From Lama guanicoe (lineage: Eukaryota): a stretch of DNA of 64,000 bases. The stretch is taken from positions 4,401,115 to 4,465,114 of the forward strand of contig MU056050.1 in the NCBI GenBank assembly GCA_013239625.1. Reading direction: 5' to 3'. Within the stretch, counting starts at the first letter, position 1. Every line of letters starts with the position of its first letter. The translations under genes were made by a program, and so were the position numbers. The notes beneath the pieces are model-generated. The model had not been told where the DNA came from. It did not search any database and was given only the letters and a program-made list of their open reading frames with translations. Shown piece by piece: positions 14,301-31,900 of this stretch.

Positions 14301-17300
14301 AATAAGAGAACATTCACTATGGAAATTTGAAGTCAAGTGCTTATTCTGTCTGGGATGTCATTGTGAGTTTAAAAGAAAAAATAAAAAAGATGGGGGAAGG
14401 GAATATGAAAAGACCATTGCCTGTGCAAAACAAACTAACAAAAAAACAACAAAAAACACCTGGCAGTTAAAGAGCCCTCCTTCCTAAGGATCAGCCTGTT
14501 TCTCGTGGCAACCGCCTGTAACCACCGCCCTTTTAATAATGCCACACTCCAATGCTAGATGTTCCTGGGTTTGCAGCAGGCCAGTAGTGGGAAATACTTT
14601 CAGGCAGCCCTTTCAGCAGCTCTTAAAATAACATCCCTTAAAGCAAACACCTATGGCCCAGGCAGCCTTCCTTTCACTTTAGTACATGTCGTTCTCACTG
14701 AACTGCATCCCTGAGCAGCTCATATAGCAACATGTTTAATGTAGCTGGATTACCCAAGACTTGCAGAGATTAGGAAGCTGTCAGTGAAACATCCAGGAGG
14801 ACTTTGTGAATTGCTTTCTAAAATCACTCTAAATTAGCAATTAATGGAAAAAATTTGACAACTTGTTCAACGCTGAGTACAGCTGGATAAAAATCAACCT
14901 CTGGAGAATTCAATTTTGTTTATCATTAATGCTTGAGTGTATTTAACAGATGAATTTTTTCCGTAGTCGTCATCTCAATTTATTTTAGTGGATGTCCTTG
15001 ATTAGTAAATTCTTTCTCCCCCTTTAAAGAAAATTTAGAAATGAGCTCATCCAGAGAGCAAAGGGGAGGAACACAAACTTTTGATTCAGCAACATGCTTG
15101 AGGAGGAAAAGTGAATATGTAGTTAGGGATAAATGGAATTAACATTTTTTATGCATAGTTATAAGTAACTAAAGTTTTTCAGACAACAGTGATAGGTAAT
15201 TTGTACATAAAGGTATGTATTCCCTTGTATATTTTAAGTAAACTATGTGTATGGGTTTCTCGGAATGCTGGCACCGTTACTTTTTCAATTACAATTATTT
15301 TTTCACTTATTTCACAGTCACAGGTTACACAATTAATTGTACTTCTGTAGATCACTTTGACCCTGAACTATGAAATATTTCAAAATAACTAAACTTCTAC
15401 ATAATATGAATGCATACATAGTTAGGCTATCTATTTTTTTAAAAAAAAAAGGCAAACCATGTAATTTGGCATCAGGAAGATATCCCCTAAATTAAGAGAA
15501 AGTTAAGTCAATGGTGAAGTTAAGGGCTAAGCCAGAGAACAAATCAAAGTAGAGATGTTCCTTCTATTTCTTTAAAATACCACCTCATGTAGAAAGTGTC
15601 ATTTCCTCTGAGAATGTTCTCCCAAAGTTCCAAAACGATGACAAAATATTATAAAAATACCCTATAACCTACAAGACCAGCAGGGAATACTTTGGTGAAG
15701 TTCTTGGGTAATGTTTAAAGAAGTTTTTAGCAAACTGTATATATAGTAAAAACAAACAAACAAACAAACAAACAGAACTGCTTACCAAAAAAAGATCTTT
15801 CAAAACTAATTTTGAAAAAAAAATTTAAAGAAATCTTCAAATATAAATATTTCCAGATGAAAATACTAAATTCCAGTGTCATCTAAAATGAATACATTTT
15901 CCTTTATCTTCTGGTGTTACGTGAGGAATGTTATGAATGGATAAGCACCAAAGCCTGACCTGGAAATGAATTAGGGCACATTTTAAGGTAAAAAGGCGGG
16001 AAAACACAACAGGATTCCATACTATTTTAAGAGTAAACTTTTATTTATTTCTGTATTTATGCATTTACTTATTTTTCATAGCCTTGAACTTTAGGTCTCT
16101 GGAGGCAAATACATTCATTCAGTAAGTATTTACTGATTGCCTATGGTTTGCTAGGCATTAGTGGAGAAATGGGAGAATATAAAGATGACAGTTATATTCT
16201 CTGCTCTCAAGACATTTATAACTGAGTTGGACAATATACATGCACACAAATACATTTTACTGCTATAGAACAACAACTATATAAACCTACTAAAACAATC
16301 TCTGTAAACAAAAGCTGCTTTTCCCCGCTGTATTTCTGAACTTACTTTTAGTACCACTCATTATATTATTCAGTTGGTTCAGATTTGCACTTGAACAGCA
16401 TATAATGCATGGACACCAAGGCAGCATCTGAGTGCTTTAAGGAAAAACAGACATGCCACAATACTAATGCAAGGTCAGCACAACCAGGCCAGTTATGAGG
16501 AAGGGCCCATCTCCCTTCTTACTTCCAGTATTCTCATATACAGAGAAGTACAACCAGTTTTCCTAACAATCCATGCTTCATATTTGTCTAAGCCCCAAAG
16601 TACTTTTCTTCCACATAATCCCATTAATTTTTACTCTCCCGCCCATCTTCCTGAAATAAACATCCCGTGTCCTTGATAATTGTATATTATTCCACTGAGG
16701 GTCATAACATCATTACTTTTTAACAATGCTTGTTCTACTTTAGGTAAGAATCTTTGAAATTGACCAAAAAAAAATCTTAATAAATGGTACTTTACAAATT
16801 AAGAATCTTTTTCAGAAGGAGTAGGGACTGGGCTCATTTTTCTTCTTGGCAGTTTTGTGTGTGTGTGTATGTGTGACAACTGTTAAGCAGTATTAGAAAA
16901 TTTAAAGTATGTCCAAATATAATATTTGGTATTGAAAACAGCAACAGCAAAAATATCCAGTCTACATCTTGGATCAGTGCACACTCTACCCAGCCTGCCA
17001 TATATTCTGTATTTTTATACTTGGAATTCTTGTTTTGAATGATGGCAAGTTCCTTAAACATCAAACATTCAAATATATTCACAGGTCTTGATAGTACTAA
17101 GGCAAGAAGTGAAAACATACATATTCATTTATCTATTTAACAACAGGTCAGGAAAACTTAAGTAAGTGTTTAAGAAGAAAAAGATTGATCAGGTTTTCAG
17201 ATAAATTCTAAACATTCAATCAGCAGAACCCTGACATTCCTAAAGTGTTTGGACTAATTGAGATTTTGGTACAAAAAAACAAGATTGTATGATGACTTTT

Positions 17301-17324
17301 TCCAAGTAAATAGTTTTTAAAACA

Positions 17325-17760
17325 GTGCTTAGCACCAACAACTCACAAACTACAAACATGAAGATTACAATTTGTAAATGGAACGTTTCCAAAAGCTGGG
17401 TAGTCTAGAAATTGGAATGTATTTTCCAATTGGAACAATGTTATAAAAACTATGGCTAGCTTTTCAGAACAGATGTACAAACCCTGTTTTAAAAAATGTT
17501 CTTAATATCGACGTGAAAAGTAATGAAAACAGTGCCATTGTAATACTGGTTAAAAAAAGAAGAAGAAATAGGAAATACACATGATTGTAAAACTATGACT
17601 GCATAGCATTAAAGAGAGAATATGTAAATAACTCAAAGAACGAACACAATTAAGAATTAGTCAAAATTTTTTGTATGAGAATTCAAAATGACAGTGTTAG
17701 GCAGCTGTAGAAAAGTATTAAAGCCAACTTTTGACTACCTGAATGACATCTCACTCTCTA
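17325..17760. repeat. Anciently diverged 3' UTR homology to 24185-24630
   Basis: Collinear degenerate blocks: gcaccaacaactcacaaactacaaaca vs gcaccaacaatatacaaacaacaaaca; tctagaaattggaatgtattttccaattggaaca vs tctagaacttgaaaagcattttctaattggagca; actcaaagaacgaacacaattaagaattagtcaaaattttttg vs actcaaagagataacacaattaaggattagccaaaaattttttg. Confidence 0.8.
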
Positions 17761-20285
<2,525 letters not shown>

Positions 20286-20289
20286 ATAA

Positions 20290-20535
20290 TTTCATCTCCC
20301 CTGGAATTCCTATCCCCTATTCTCTTTTACTATGATTTATCTATTAGCATTGATAACCATCTGACATACTACACATTTACTAGTTTATATGTTTATTGAC
20401 TCTCCTTCTCAATGGACTGCAGGCCTCATCAGGGCATGGCTTGCTTGTCTTGTTCACCATAGTATCTCTTAGCACCTGGCACAGTGCCCATATATGGTAA
20501 GTGCTAGAGAAATATTTGCTGTATGAGTAAATACA
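20290..20535 (+). mobile_element. L2 3' end
   Basis: ttgttcaccatagtatctcttagcacctggcacagtgcccatatatggtaagtgctagagaaatatttgctgtatgagt resembles the L2 terminus. Confidence 0.65.
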
Positions 20536-20549
20536 TGAAAATAGGAAAG

Positions 20550-21540
20550 TATTGATTTTTTATATATTAATTTCAAAGCTGAACATCTTAGTAAATTGTT
20601 TAATTGTTCCTAACATATTTTTCAGTTTGCTCTTTTGGATTTCTATTTTTTTAATAGTCATATCATCTGCAAATAATTATAACTTCTTTCTCTTCCAAGA
20701 GTTATACCTTTTATTTTCTTATCCTTTTAAACTGCTGTATCCAGAATTTTTAAATAATATTAAATACTGGTGGTGATATTTTAGAATCCTTGTTTTGTTC
20801 CTTATTTTCATAGGAATTCCTCTATGAGAATTCCAGAGGAATTCGAATAGAATTCCTTTATTTAATTCTATCTAATTTTATACCATTATAGAGGATTTTG
20901 GTTCAGGTTTGACACGTAACACACACACACTCAATGATATGAAGACTATATTTACTCATACTTTACTAAGGATTTTATCAGAATTGTAGTAGGATTTTGT
21001 TAAATTCTTTATTAGAATTTATTAACATGAGCATATGTCTTCTCATTTGACCTGTTAATATGAAACATTGAAATAATAGATTCCTCAATAGTGAACACTC
21101 TTTGCATTTAAGGAACTAGCTTCACTTTGCCATGGTATGGTTTCCTTTTAATACACTGATGGATTATATTCAGTGTTTTTAAAGGATACGTTGTATTTAT
21201 CTATCTGTCTATGTAAAACTAGTCTTTCATTTTGTGCAGTTTTAGTCAGGTTTATTATTAATATGCTGGCCTCATATAGAAAAGAGTAAACTTCTCTCTT
21301 TGTGCTCTGAAGTGGCTCAAAATGAAATACTCCTTGACAATGTGAAATAATTTATTTGTGAGACCATCAGGCTTAGCATGCCTATGATATGTTTATGATT
21401 GTTTATGTGTGTGATTTTCTTGGCAGAAAGGGAAGGCTAATAAACAAAACAACATTCACTGTTTTCTAGGGCAAATGCTCTGTTCTTGTTTATTTCTTCT
21501 TGGAAAAAATTTAGTTATTTTTATCTTCTGATAATTTTTT
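20550..21540 (-). mobile_element. Old L1 ORF2 fragment, antisense
   Basis: T-rich + strand with gtcatatcatctgcaaataat and ttattattaatatgctggcctcatataga motifs. Confidence 0.7.
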
Positions 21541-22689
21541 CACTCAGAATTTAGTTACCTGCCTAAGGAGGAAATCTTTGCCCATGATTATTTCTTTTTG
21601 CTTACTTTTAATTCTTTGTATTTGTGACTGTGATGCCAAGGGAAGGAACATCCTCATCTGGACACCCGTTTTGTCCTTTAGTAGCCTGGGAAAAGTGGCA
21701 CTGAGGCAAGAACTCACACTGTGACGTCCTGCTTTGTGACTAGATTCTGACTTTCCACTCTCCAAGAAGGTACCAGCACTTGACCAGTGAAAAAGCTTAT
21801 TATTGGGCCAGTGTGAGATCTGGGAGAAAAACTGCCCTTTGTGACTTGAGGTAGAGACTCAAAAGTTATTATAAAGTCATTAGAAATGTTTTGTTGTCTC
21901 ATGCTGATGAAGTCATGGCATTTGGGTAACACAAACCTCTTCTATTTTTTTCACCCCCACCTTTTTTTGGGGGGGGGTGCTTTTTTATTCTGCTTGCTCC
22001 TGAAAGGGTGAGTTTCCCAGTGTTTCCCATCACTCACCTTCCCAGCAGTGAGAAATCTCATTCTGGCATATACAACCAGTTCTTCACTGGGTCTGTTCTC
22101 CTGATGCCACACAGGCACCTCAAATTCACCATGTCCCCAGTCAAGACGCTCACCCCCCCTACGTGTATCCTCTATGCCTATATTTGCAATATTCATTGTT
22201 GCCACTGTTCATCGACATTCAAGCCAGAGCCTTAGGGTCCACCTAAATTCTCAAGCTTTCTTCATCCTTCACATGAAATACCAAATACTGCGTGTTCATT
22301 TTATTTTCCTTTCATTTTTCTAATAACTTCCTCCCTCTCCACACTTAGCTCAGATATCCTAGTGCAGGCCCGCATCGTCTCCTTCGCAGATTTTCTTTAG
22401 TAACATGTTATGCATTGAATACAAGTGAAACCAGGGTGCAGTGAACCAGGAAGCCCTACTAGGTGCAGCTAAGTATCTCAGAAATGTAGTCCTTTGTAGT
22501 CCATCTGCAGACGTCTGAACCTGAACTGTAGGTGTTCTCCGCCTTTGGTTTGACAGTCTTTTTATTGCTTGCTCTCATTTCCTTGTATTCTTGATCTTTG
22601 TTTTAGAACCTACTTGATACTCTGACCACAAATCTAATTAACTCAGCCACGGTGGCTTAGAAAGAAATGATCAAGATCAAGTGGATATC

Positions 22690-23330
22690 CGATTGGCAAA
22701 CAGCACAGAATTTGATGACACACTGTTGGAAAGAGTGTGGTGAAGCAGGCGTGCATACACTATTCATGGGAGGTTAAGCTGGTAGGACCTCTATGGAGGA
22801 TACTTTGGCAATGGCTATTAAATATAAAATTGACCAAGCAATTCCATTTCTAGGAATTTATTCTGCAGATATAGTCATATATGTGCACAAAGATGTTTGC
22901 AACTAAGTAATCACTGCAGAATACTTTATACTAGGAGAAAATAAGAACCAACATAAATGCTCATCAAAAGTGTAATGAAGGAATAAAATATGTCCCAGCC
23001 ATATTTTAGGGAATACTATACAATTAGAATGGATTAGGTAGGTATGTATGAGAAACGATCTTTAAGATTTTGTGATTAAAAAAGGCACAAATATGTAAAG
23101 CAAAGCATGTGCTATCATTTGTATAACAATTGCATACGCACATACAGATATGCTTATACATGTGTAGGCTATCTCCAGATGGATCAGACACAAGATGTAC
23201 TGTTTGTGACCAACGGGCAGGAGGTCAGGGATCTTGACGTATAAGACTTTTCACTGTACACCTTTTGTAAAGTATGATTTGGGGGGTCATGTGCACATAT
23301 TATTTAATTTAAATTAAAATAAAAACAAAA
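22690..23330 (+). mobile_element. Old L1 (L1ME-like) 3' end
   Basis: gaccaagcaattccatttctaggaatttattctgcagatata...ctttcactgtacaccttttgta motifs. Confidence 0.7.
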
Positions 23331-23788
23331 GACCAAGTGGGAAGTCTTGATAGATGTAGTTTAAAATATTTGAAATATCTGCACATGTAAAATGGTATCA
23401 CATGGGAAGCAACATCTATACATACACACACAGTGTTATGTGATATGTGAGTAGGTAGTCATAAGCACAATATGTTTGTTTGTGTGAATGAAAGTTTGTT
23501 AAATCGTCTTAAAAAAAGGAAAAGACACCTAACTCTCCTAACCTATAGCAAGTATATTTAGATAAAGTATTCAAGATGTTATTGACTCTTTTAACCCCTG
23601 GTAATAGCATAAGTTTGCTTTTCAAAAGCAAATGTACAGAGTAGTATTTCAGCTTCAGTTTCTCTCCTGGAAGATTTTGACTTTGATAAACATATTCCTA
23701 TAAGGACAATTAATTAAAAGAATAAAGTGTGTATTTAAGCACTCAAAAACTTTAGCCTAGCACTTAATTGCTAAAATGCTGAACATGT

Positions 23789-23794
23789 TTTATT
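23789..23794 (-). terminator. Candidate AATAAA polyadenylation signal for copy B
   Basis: tttatt on + (AATAAA on -), about 1.0 kb downstream of the copy B stop and the first such hexamer I noticed. No transcript evidence. Confidence 0.35.
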
Positions 23795-24630
23795 TTTTCT
23801 GCAGTACATCACATACTCAATCCAGATAAAAGACTTACCCATGTATACAATAAAAAATTGTCAACAACACCTACATTGAGCACAGCAGTCAGCCTTTCTC
23901 TGTAAATGGCTGCCTGGATAGTGTTACCTGATCTGTAAAGAAATGTTTACTCCAAAAAGTACCTCCTTGATTATCCTGCCAGATATAGGCCAGTTTTGGT
24001 TAGCTCTGAAAATCTGTAGCATAAATGCTACTCAAGAAAGCAGGCCATAACATAGCAGATTTAAACAAGAAGGCTGAACGTCTTGGGGTACTGATACTAA
24101 GTTTTTACTAAATAATCAAAACTGTGATTGATAGGATGAATATCATTGTAAGATTTCTCAACCAAGAGAACACATTTTAAAGTATTTTATGCACCAACAA
24201 TATACAAACAACAAACACTGAGTTTCCAACATCCAAATGAAATGTGCGCCCAAATGGTGGCAATCTAGAACTTGAAAAGCATTTTCTAATTGGAGCAGGG
24301 CTATAAATCTGCTCTGTTATATGGTGGATAGTTCCTCAGATCAACCCCAAAGACACTTTTTAGCACACATTTTCCAGAACTACAATACATCCGAATTGTG
24401 TGAAAGACCTGAACAAACTAATGAAATATTGATAAACCTAAAGTACTGAATCGTAGTCGGAACCATGACTGCATCAGCCCAGAGAATGAGCAAATGTGAA
24501 TCACTCAAAGAGATAACACAATTAAGGATTAGCCAAAAATTTTTGACCACCACGCAAACAGGATGGTGGTGTTGGAGGAGATGCAGAAAAATCTTAAAGA
24601 CAAGTTGTGACTGCCCAAGAGACCACTTCT

Positions 24631-26600
<1,970 letters not shown>

Positions 26601-28949
26601 CCCGAGGTGGCCAGGTGTGCCTATCCTGGATCCCCACTAAGTGACACGGGCTATTTTGCCAGTCTTAGGACAGCAGCCATCCAGCCTCTCTGCTGGTATC
26701 TTAAACAATTTCAATCAAGTAGATACATTTTTTCTTCTCAAATTGAAGTTTCTGAGCTCCTGCACTGGAACGGCCTGAAGGATGTGTGCTCTGAATGCAG
26801 ATCTAAGGGCCCCACTTTCTGGCCAGGGAGACGTCTAGGACACCTTGATCTGGCACAGCCTTGAGAACATGGCAGGCTGAGCTGACCTGGGAGAAGGGGT
26901 GTTCTTTGGCGGTGTTGGCTTCAGTTGTAACTCAGAGCCCGAAGAAGGTAGGGAGAAAGAGTCAAGGGGAGGGACAGCTCCCTCCCTGCTCCTGGGTTCT
27001 GTCCTCAACGCTCAGCCTGGGAGGCTCAGGTGCTTCGGCACAGTCCCTTGGGGCTTTCAGGCGAAGTCCTAAGGGATAGGCAAGATTTTCACAAGCCGAC
27101 ATGGCGATAATGTTCCAGAAGGAGGCAAACACAAGAACAAAAGACGAGAGAGTATAAGCGTTCAAAGCAAGAGCTTAGTCTCAGGAGTTGGGTGTTTCAT
27201 ACTTGGCTCTCGTGCTTCAGAGTAGCCAGTCCACTAGCCGGCTTATTCCCATGCATTCTCAGTTACACAGCGATAACGTGGCGCGATAACGTGGCGCTGG
27301 GAGGCTGGTAGCTGATACAGACTCTGCACACCCCCTCCTCCTCCTAACAAAAATATTTATGACGCTTGGTGGGTGGATGCGGGGGACGATGCATTTACTT
27401 TGCTGACCAATTAGGGGAGCCCTTGGGAGCTACTTTGTTGCTGCTTCCTCCTCCCTTCTGCACTGTTTGCTGATTTTTCTCCCTGCTTCCCTCACCCTTT
27501 CTGTATTGTCACGTCCAATGCACAAATTCCAAGTACAAACCGTGCTTGGCTGGTGATGGTGAACATGAATTTAGGGATGGCTTTATAGAAACAGTAGCAT
27601 TTTGTTTCCACTGGTCGGGGTGGGGGGAGTGGACATTTCAGAAAGAGGTAACCATATGTGAATGTCACAGGGAGTGTAGAGAAATGGCTCACAAACTTTA
27701 GTGTGCATTAAAATCACAGGGCAGCTTAATAAATATGTGTATACCTTGATTCTATCCGTAAGGTTTGACGCAGATGGTGTGTGGACAACTCTTTGAGAAG
27801 CGCTGGTCTAGAGTCTTCTCACCCAGGTCACGGCAGGGTGTGTTGCAAGTAGGAAACATCTTTTGTGTACTTCAAGGTTACCTTGAAAATGGACCCCTAT
27901 CCAGGTGAATATTAGAAAGCCTTAGCAATTAGAGACTATGACCAACTTGATGCCAAAGCCTAGGCAGAGAAATTTTGTCTATTAAGTATATAGAACATAA
28001 TGTATTTTACTACATAAGCTTATACCTTTACTATATTACTATACTAACAAGCATTGTTGCAGCAGCTTTACAAATATTGTCTTGTTTAATCCACGATTAT
28101 AATAGGGTAGCTACCATTTTGTAGATGAGGGAGAATTAGGCTTGGAGAGTTATAATTTTGTCTCGCCAATGAAGTAGTAAGTGATGGTTGCAGGATTTGA
28201 ACCCAAGTAGTCTGAATCCATATTCCATGTCCTTTTCCACTTCTCAGATTGGAGGTATATGAGGGACTGAATGAAAGGTTCTGCTAGTGATAGAGATTTA
28301 GGTCTCATTTCTTTGCATCACCAAAAATGATGGGATATGGCTTTGGACACCTGTGAAGTTGGACACCATGGGTAAAAATGCTAACAGCAGCTGTGAAGAT
28401 TCTGGGATTCAGCCTCTGATCAGTGGCAAGGCTTGCTGAGGGGGATGTTCTATAGCTCTTCCGACACAACAACCAGGCAGATTAGCAAGGACCAGTGTAG
28501 GTCATCCTGTTGTCATCTTGTCTTAGAATTTACAGTAGGGGTATCCATAGCAAACATGAACTAAGGACTACATCCATCTCCTTTTTCAGGGGGCCAAGTA
28601 AGCAATAAATCTAATATCCTCATTAAAAGGGGAAGGAACCCCTGAAATTACTGATAATGGAATTTCTGCCAGCCACGTGTGTGCAATTTGGACTCAAATG
28701 CAATCTGGTTTAGAAAAACAAAGGCATGTGCTATATCTTCCTCCCATGTTTCATGTGTGAAGATAATACTCATTACCCAAGCCTCACAAGAACAAGGAGA
28801 GGGGTTTTATGCTCTGGGAGAAATGTTACCACAGACAGTAAAGTGGTAATCCCTTATACACTTAATATTACCCCCAAGTCATAATGCAATGCCCTTATGT
28901 CTGCAGTAGTGGAGGATGAGTATTATAACTGTGCAAAACATCATGGAGA

Positions 28950-31900
28950 TATAGGAAGGAAGACTTTCAGTTCTGACAAAGATAGAACACCCCTGTTCCT
29001 TCCAGGCCCTCACTCCTAGAACTAAAAAAAAAAAACAAAACAAAAAAAAAACCCTGGGCATAGCACAACAAACAAGTATAGGAAGTCACTGAAAAATGGA
29101 AAGAAGTTAGAAGGACCAAGGATCTCAGAATTTGAGGAAAGACAGGATGGTGAGTTTCCCGAGTTTTTATTTTTTTTTTTTTATCATATCCCATGTATTC
29201 CAGACAAGTTGTTGCAGAAGCTCCAACCAGGAATCTTCAATGGGCTCAGAAAATAAAAGCCCCAGGAAAAACCTGTCCCTTTTAGGCAAAGGATCTAGAT
29301 AAGGGAGGCCAAACAACAGAAAACCTCTTTGGCAATAACCCTTCTACTCCAGCCAAACACTAACAGAAAAACCACCCCACCGCTCATCACCCCCACTGTT
29401 TCAGTGAGGCCAAGAGGGGAGCTCACCATCCATCCTCAGTATGGCAGAAGCAGGCGCTGTACCCTGATTCCCCTGCAGGGGTAGTGTTAGTGTGGTCTCA
29501 GGATGAGTGTGGTCTCAGGATGAGTTGAGTCTCCACTCAAACGCAGCAACAAGGAGACTTAATGAGAGGGTTTGACGGGAAGCTCATCACTCTGCTTCCC
29601 CTCCTGCCCCCTCCACTTCACCAGTGTCAGCAGGGCTCAGTGAGGAGCCGAGCTTCCATCCCCTCCCAGCATCACTGAGACTAAGCACTTGCCTCACCCC
29701 TGGCATCAGCAGGGAGCTGAACCTCCACACCCACTGAGCAGCAAAGAGACTGAGCAAGGGCCTGTGAAGCAGGGCTAGTTCTGTTTCTCAAGAAATAGTG
29801 AAATATGTACACTTAAACAGATTCAAGAAACGAAGTGAACCCAAATAGCAAGAACCCAAATAAATCCACACCAAGATACATTATAGTTAAACTTATGAAA
29901 ACTAAAAACAAAGAAAAAATCTTAAAAGCGAGCAAAGAGAACTGATGCATTACTTGGAGAGGAAAACCAGACTGAATGATAGCAGATTTCTTATCTGCAA
30001 TGACAGAGGCCAGAAGGAAGTGATGAAAGAAAAGATATGTTGACTGAAAATTCTATATCCAGTAAAAAAAGATTCAGGATTGAAGGGAAAATAAAAATAT
30101 TCTCAGATGAAGGAAAACTAAGAACTATTGTTGGTAGGAAAATCTACCCTTGAAGGATGGCTGAAGAAAGTTCTCTAAGCAGAATGGTAATCATAAAAGA
30201 AGATTTGAAATTTTAGAAAGGAAAGAATATCAAAATGGATAAAAATATGATAATATAGACTACCCTAATCCTCAAGAGTTTCTTAAATAAAATTTGATAT
30301 TTGAAGCAAAAATTATTATACTATCTGATGTGGAACTCAGTGTATGTAGAGGGAATACTTAAAAGACAATGATATTTAAAAGTAGGTAAGGTAAAGGGAA
30401 CATAAGGGAAGCGAGGTGTTTTATATTTCGTTCAAGGTAGTAGAACACTGATAACAGTGTACTATGATAAATTATATATGCATGTTGTAATACTTAGAGT
30501 AACCTCTAAGAAATTTTACAGACTGATATACTCAAAAATAATATAAATAAATGAAGCTGGAATCCTACAGCAAGAAAAAAAGTTCAAATAATCCACAGGA
30601 AGGTGAGAAAGGAGAAACAGAGGAACAAGAAAAAGAGGAAACAACAGGAAACAAATAAGTGACAGACTTAAGCCCAAACATATCAATAATTACCTTAAAT
30701 ATAAATATGGTAAATGCATTCATCAAAAGGCAAAGATAGGCAGACTGGGTTAAAAAGAAAACATGATACGAAAATATGTTTTCTACAAGTAACTCCCTTC
30801 AAACATGACAGGTGGATTGAAAGTAAAAGGATAGCAAAAGGATAGAAAATAACACAAACATTCATCATAAAAAATAGAAGCTATATTAATATTAGAAAAA
30901 TTGAACTTCAGAGTGAAGAAAGTTATGAAGACAAAGAGAGTCATTACATAATGTTAGAAGAAGCAATCCACAAAGAAGGCATTACAACCCTAAATGTGTA
31001 AGTACCAAACAAGAGAGACTCCATGATCAAGTTGGATTTATTCCAAAGGCTGGTTCAACATTTGAAAATCAGTGTAATCCACCATGTCAAAAGTATAAAG
31101 AAGAATAATCATAGAATTACATCAACTGACACAGAAAAAGCAATTGACAAAATCCAACCCCCATTCATGATAAAAAAAAAAAAGACTCACAACAAACTCA
31201 GAATAGAGGAGAACTTCCTCAACTTAGTAAAGAACATTTATAAAAACCTGCAGCAAACATCCCATTTAAAGGTGAGAAACTAAATGCTTTACCTCTAAGA
31301 AAAGAAACAAGGCAAGAATTTCTGCTTTCACCACTTTTATCCAGCGTAGTATTGGAATTTCAACCCAGTGTAATAAGGCAAGATAAAGAAATAAAAGGCC
31401 TAAAATTTGGAAGGAAAGAAATACAAGTGTTCCTATTTGCAGATGAAATGATTGTCTATGTAGAATATCACAAGGAATTTACAAGAAGAAATGCCTAGAA
31501 CTAATCATTGAATTCAGCAAGGTCATAGGATGCTCAGAAATCAGTTACATTTCTATATACCAACAATGACATGTAAAAACCAAAATTAAAAACACAATGC
31601 CATTTAAAATCATACAAATAAAATGAAACATCTACATATAAACTTACCAAAATATGTACAGGATCTGTATGGTGAAAGTGACAAAATAGTAATACATGAA
31701 ATCAGGTATGATCTAGGTACATGATAAGCTCATATATTTGAAGACACAACATAGTAAAGATGTCAAAACTCCTGAAATTGATCTATAGTTTTAATGCAAT
31801 TTCTATCAAAATCTCAGCAAGGTATTTTTGGAAACATAAACAATCTTGTTCTCAAATTCATATAGAAATGTACAGGCCTGAGAATAGCTGAAACAATCTT

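Noticed and set aside
23826..23845. Minus-strand splice-donor-like TGG|GTAAGT in the copy B 3' region (possible 3' UTR intron or B-to-A read-through splice)
   Set aside because: Single motif with no matching acceptor or exon identifiable by eye; it needs transcript data.
29489..29522. 17-bp tandem duplication agtgtggtctcaggatg
   Set aside because: Lies in an old L1 5' UTR; ordinary slippage duplication with only two units and no spacers, so not CRISPR-like.
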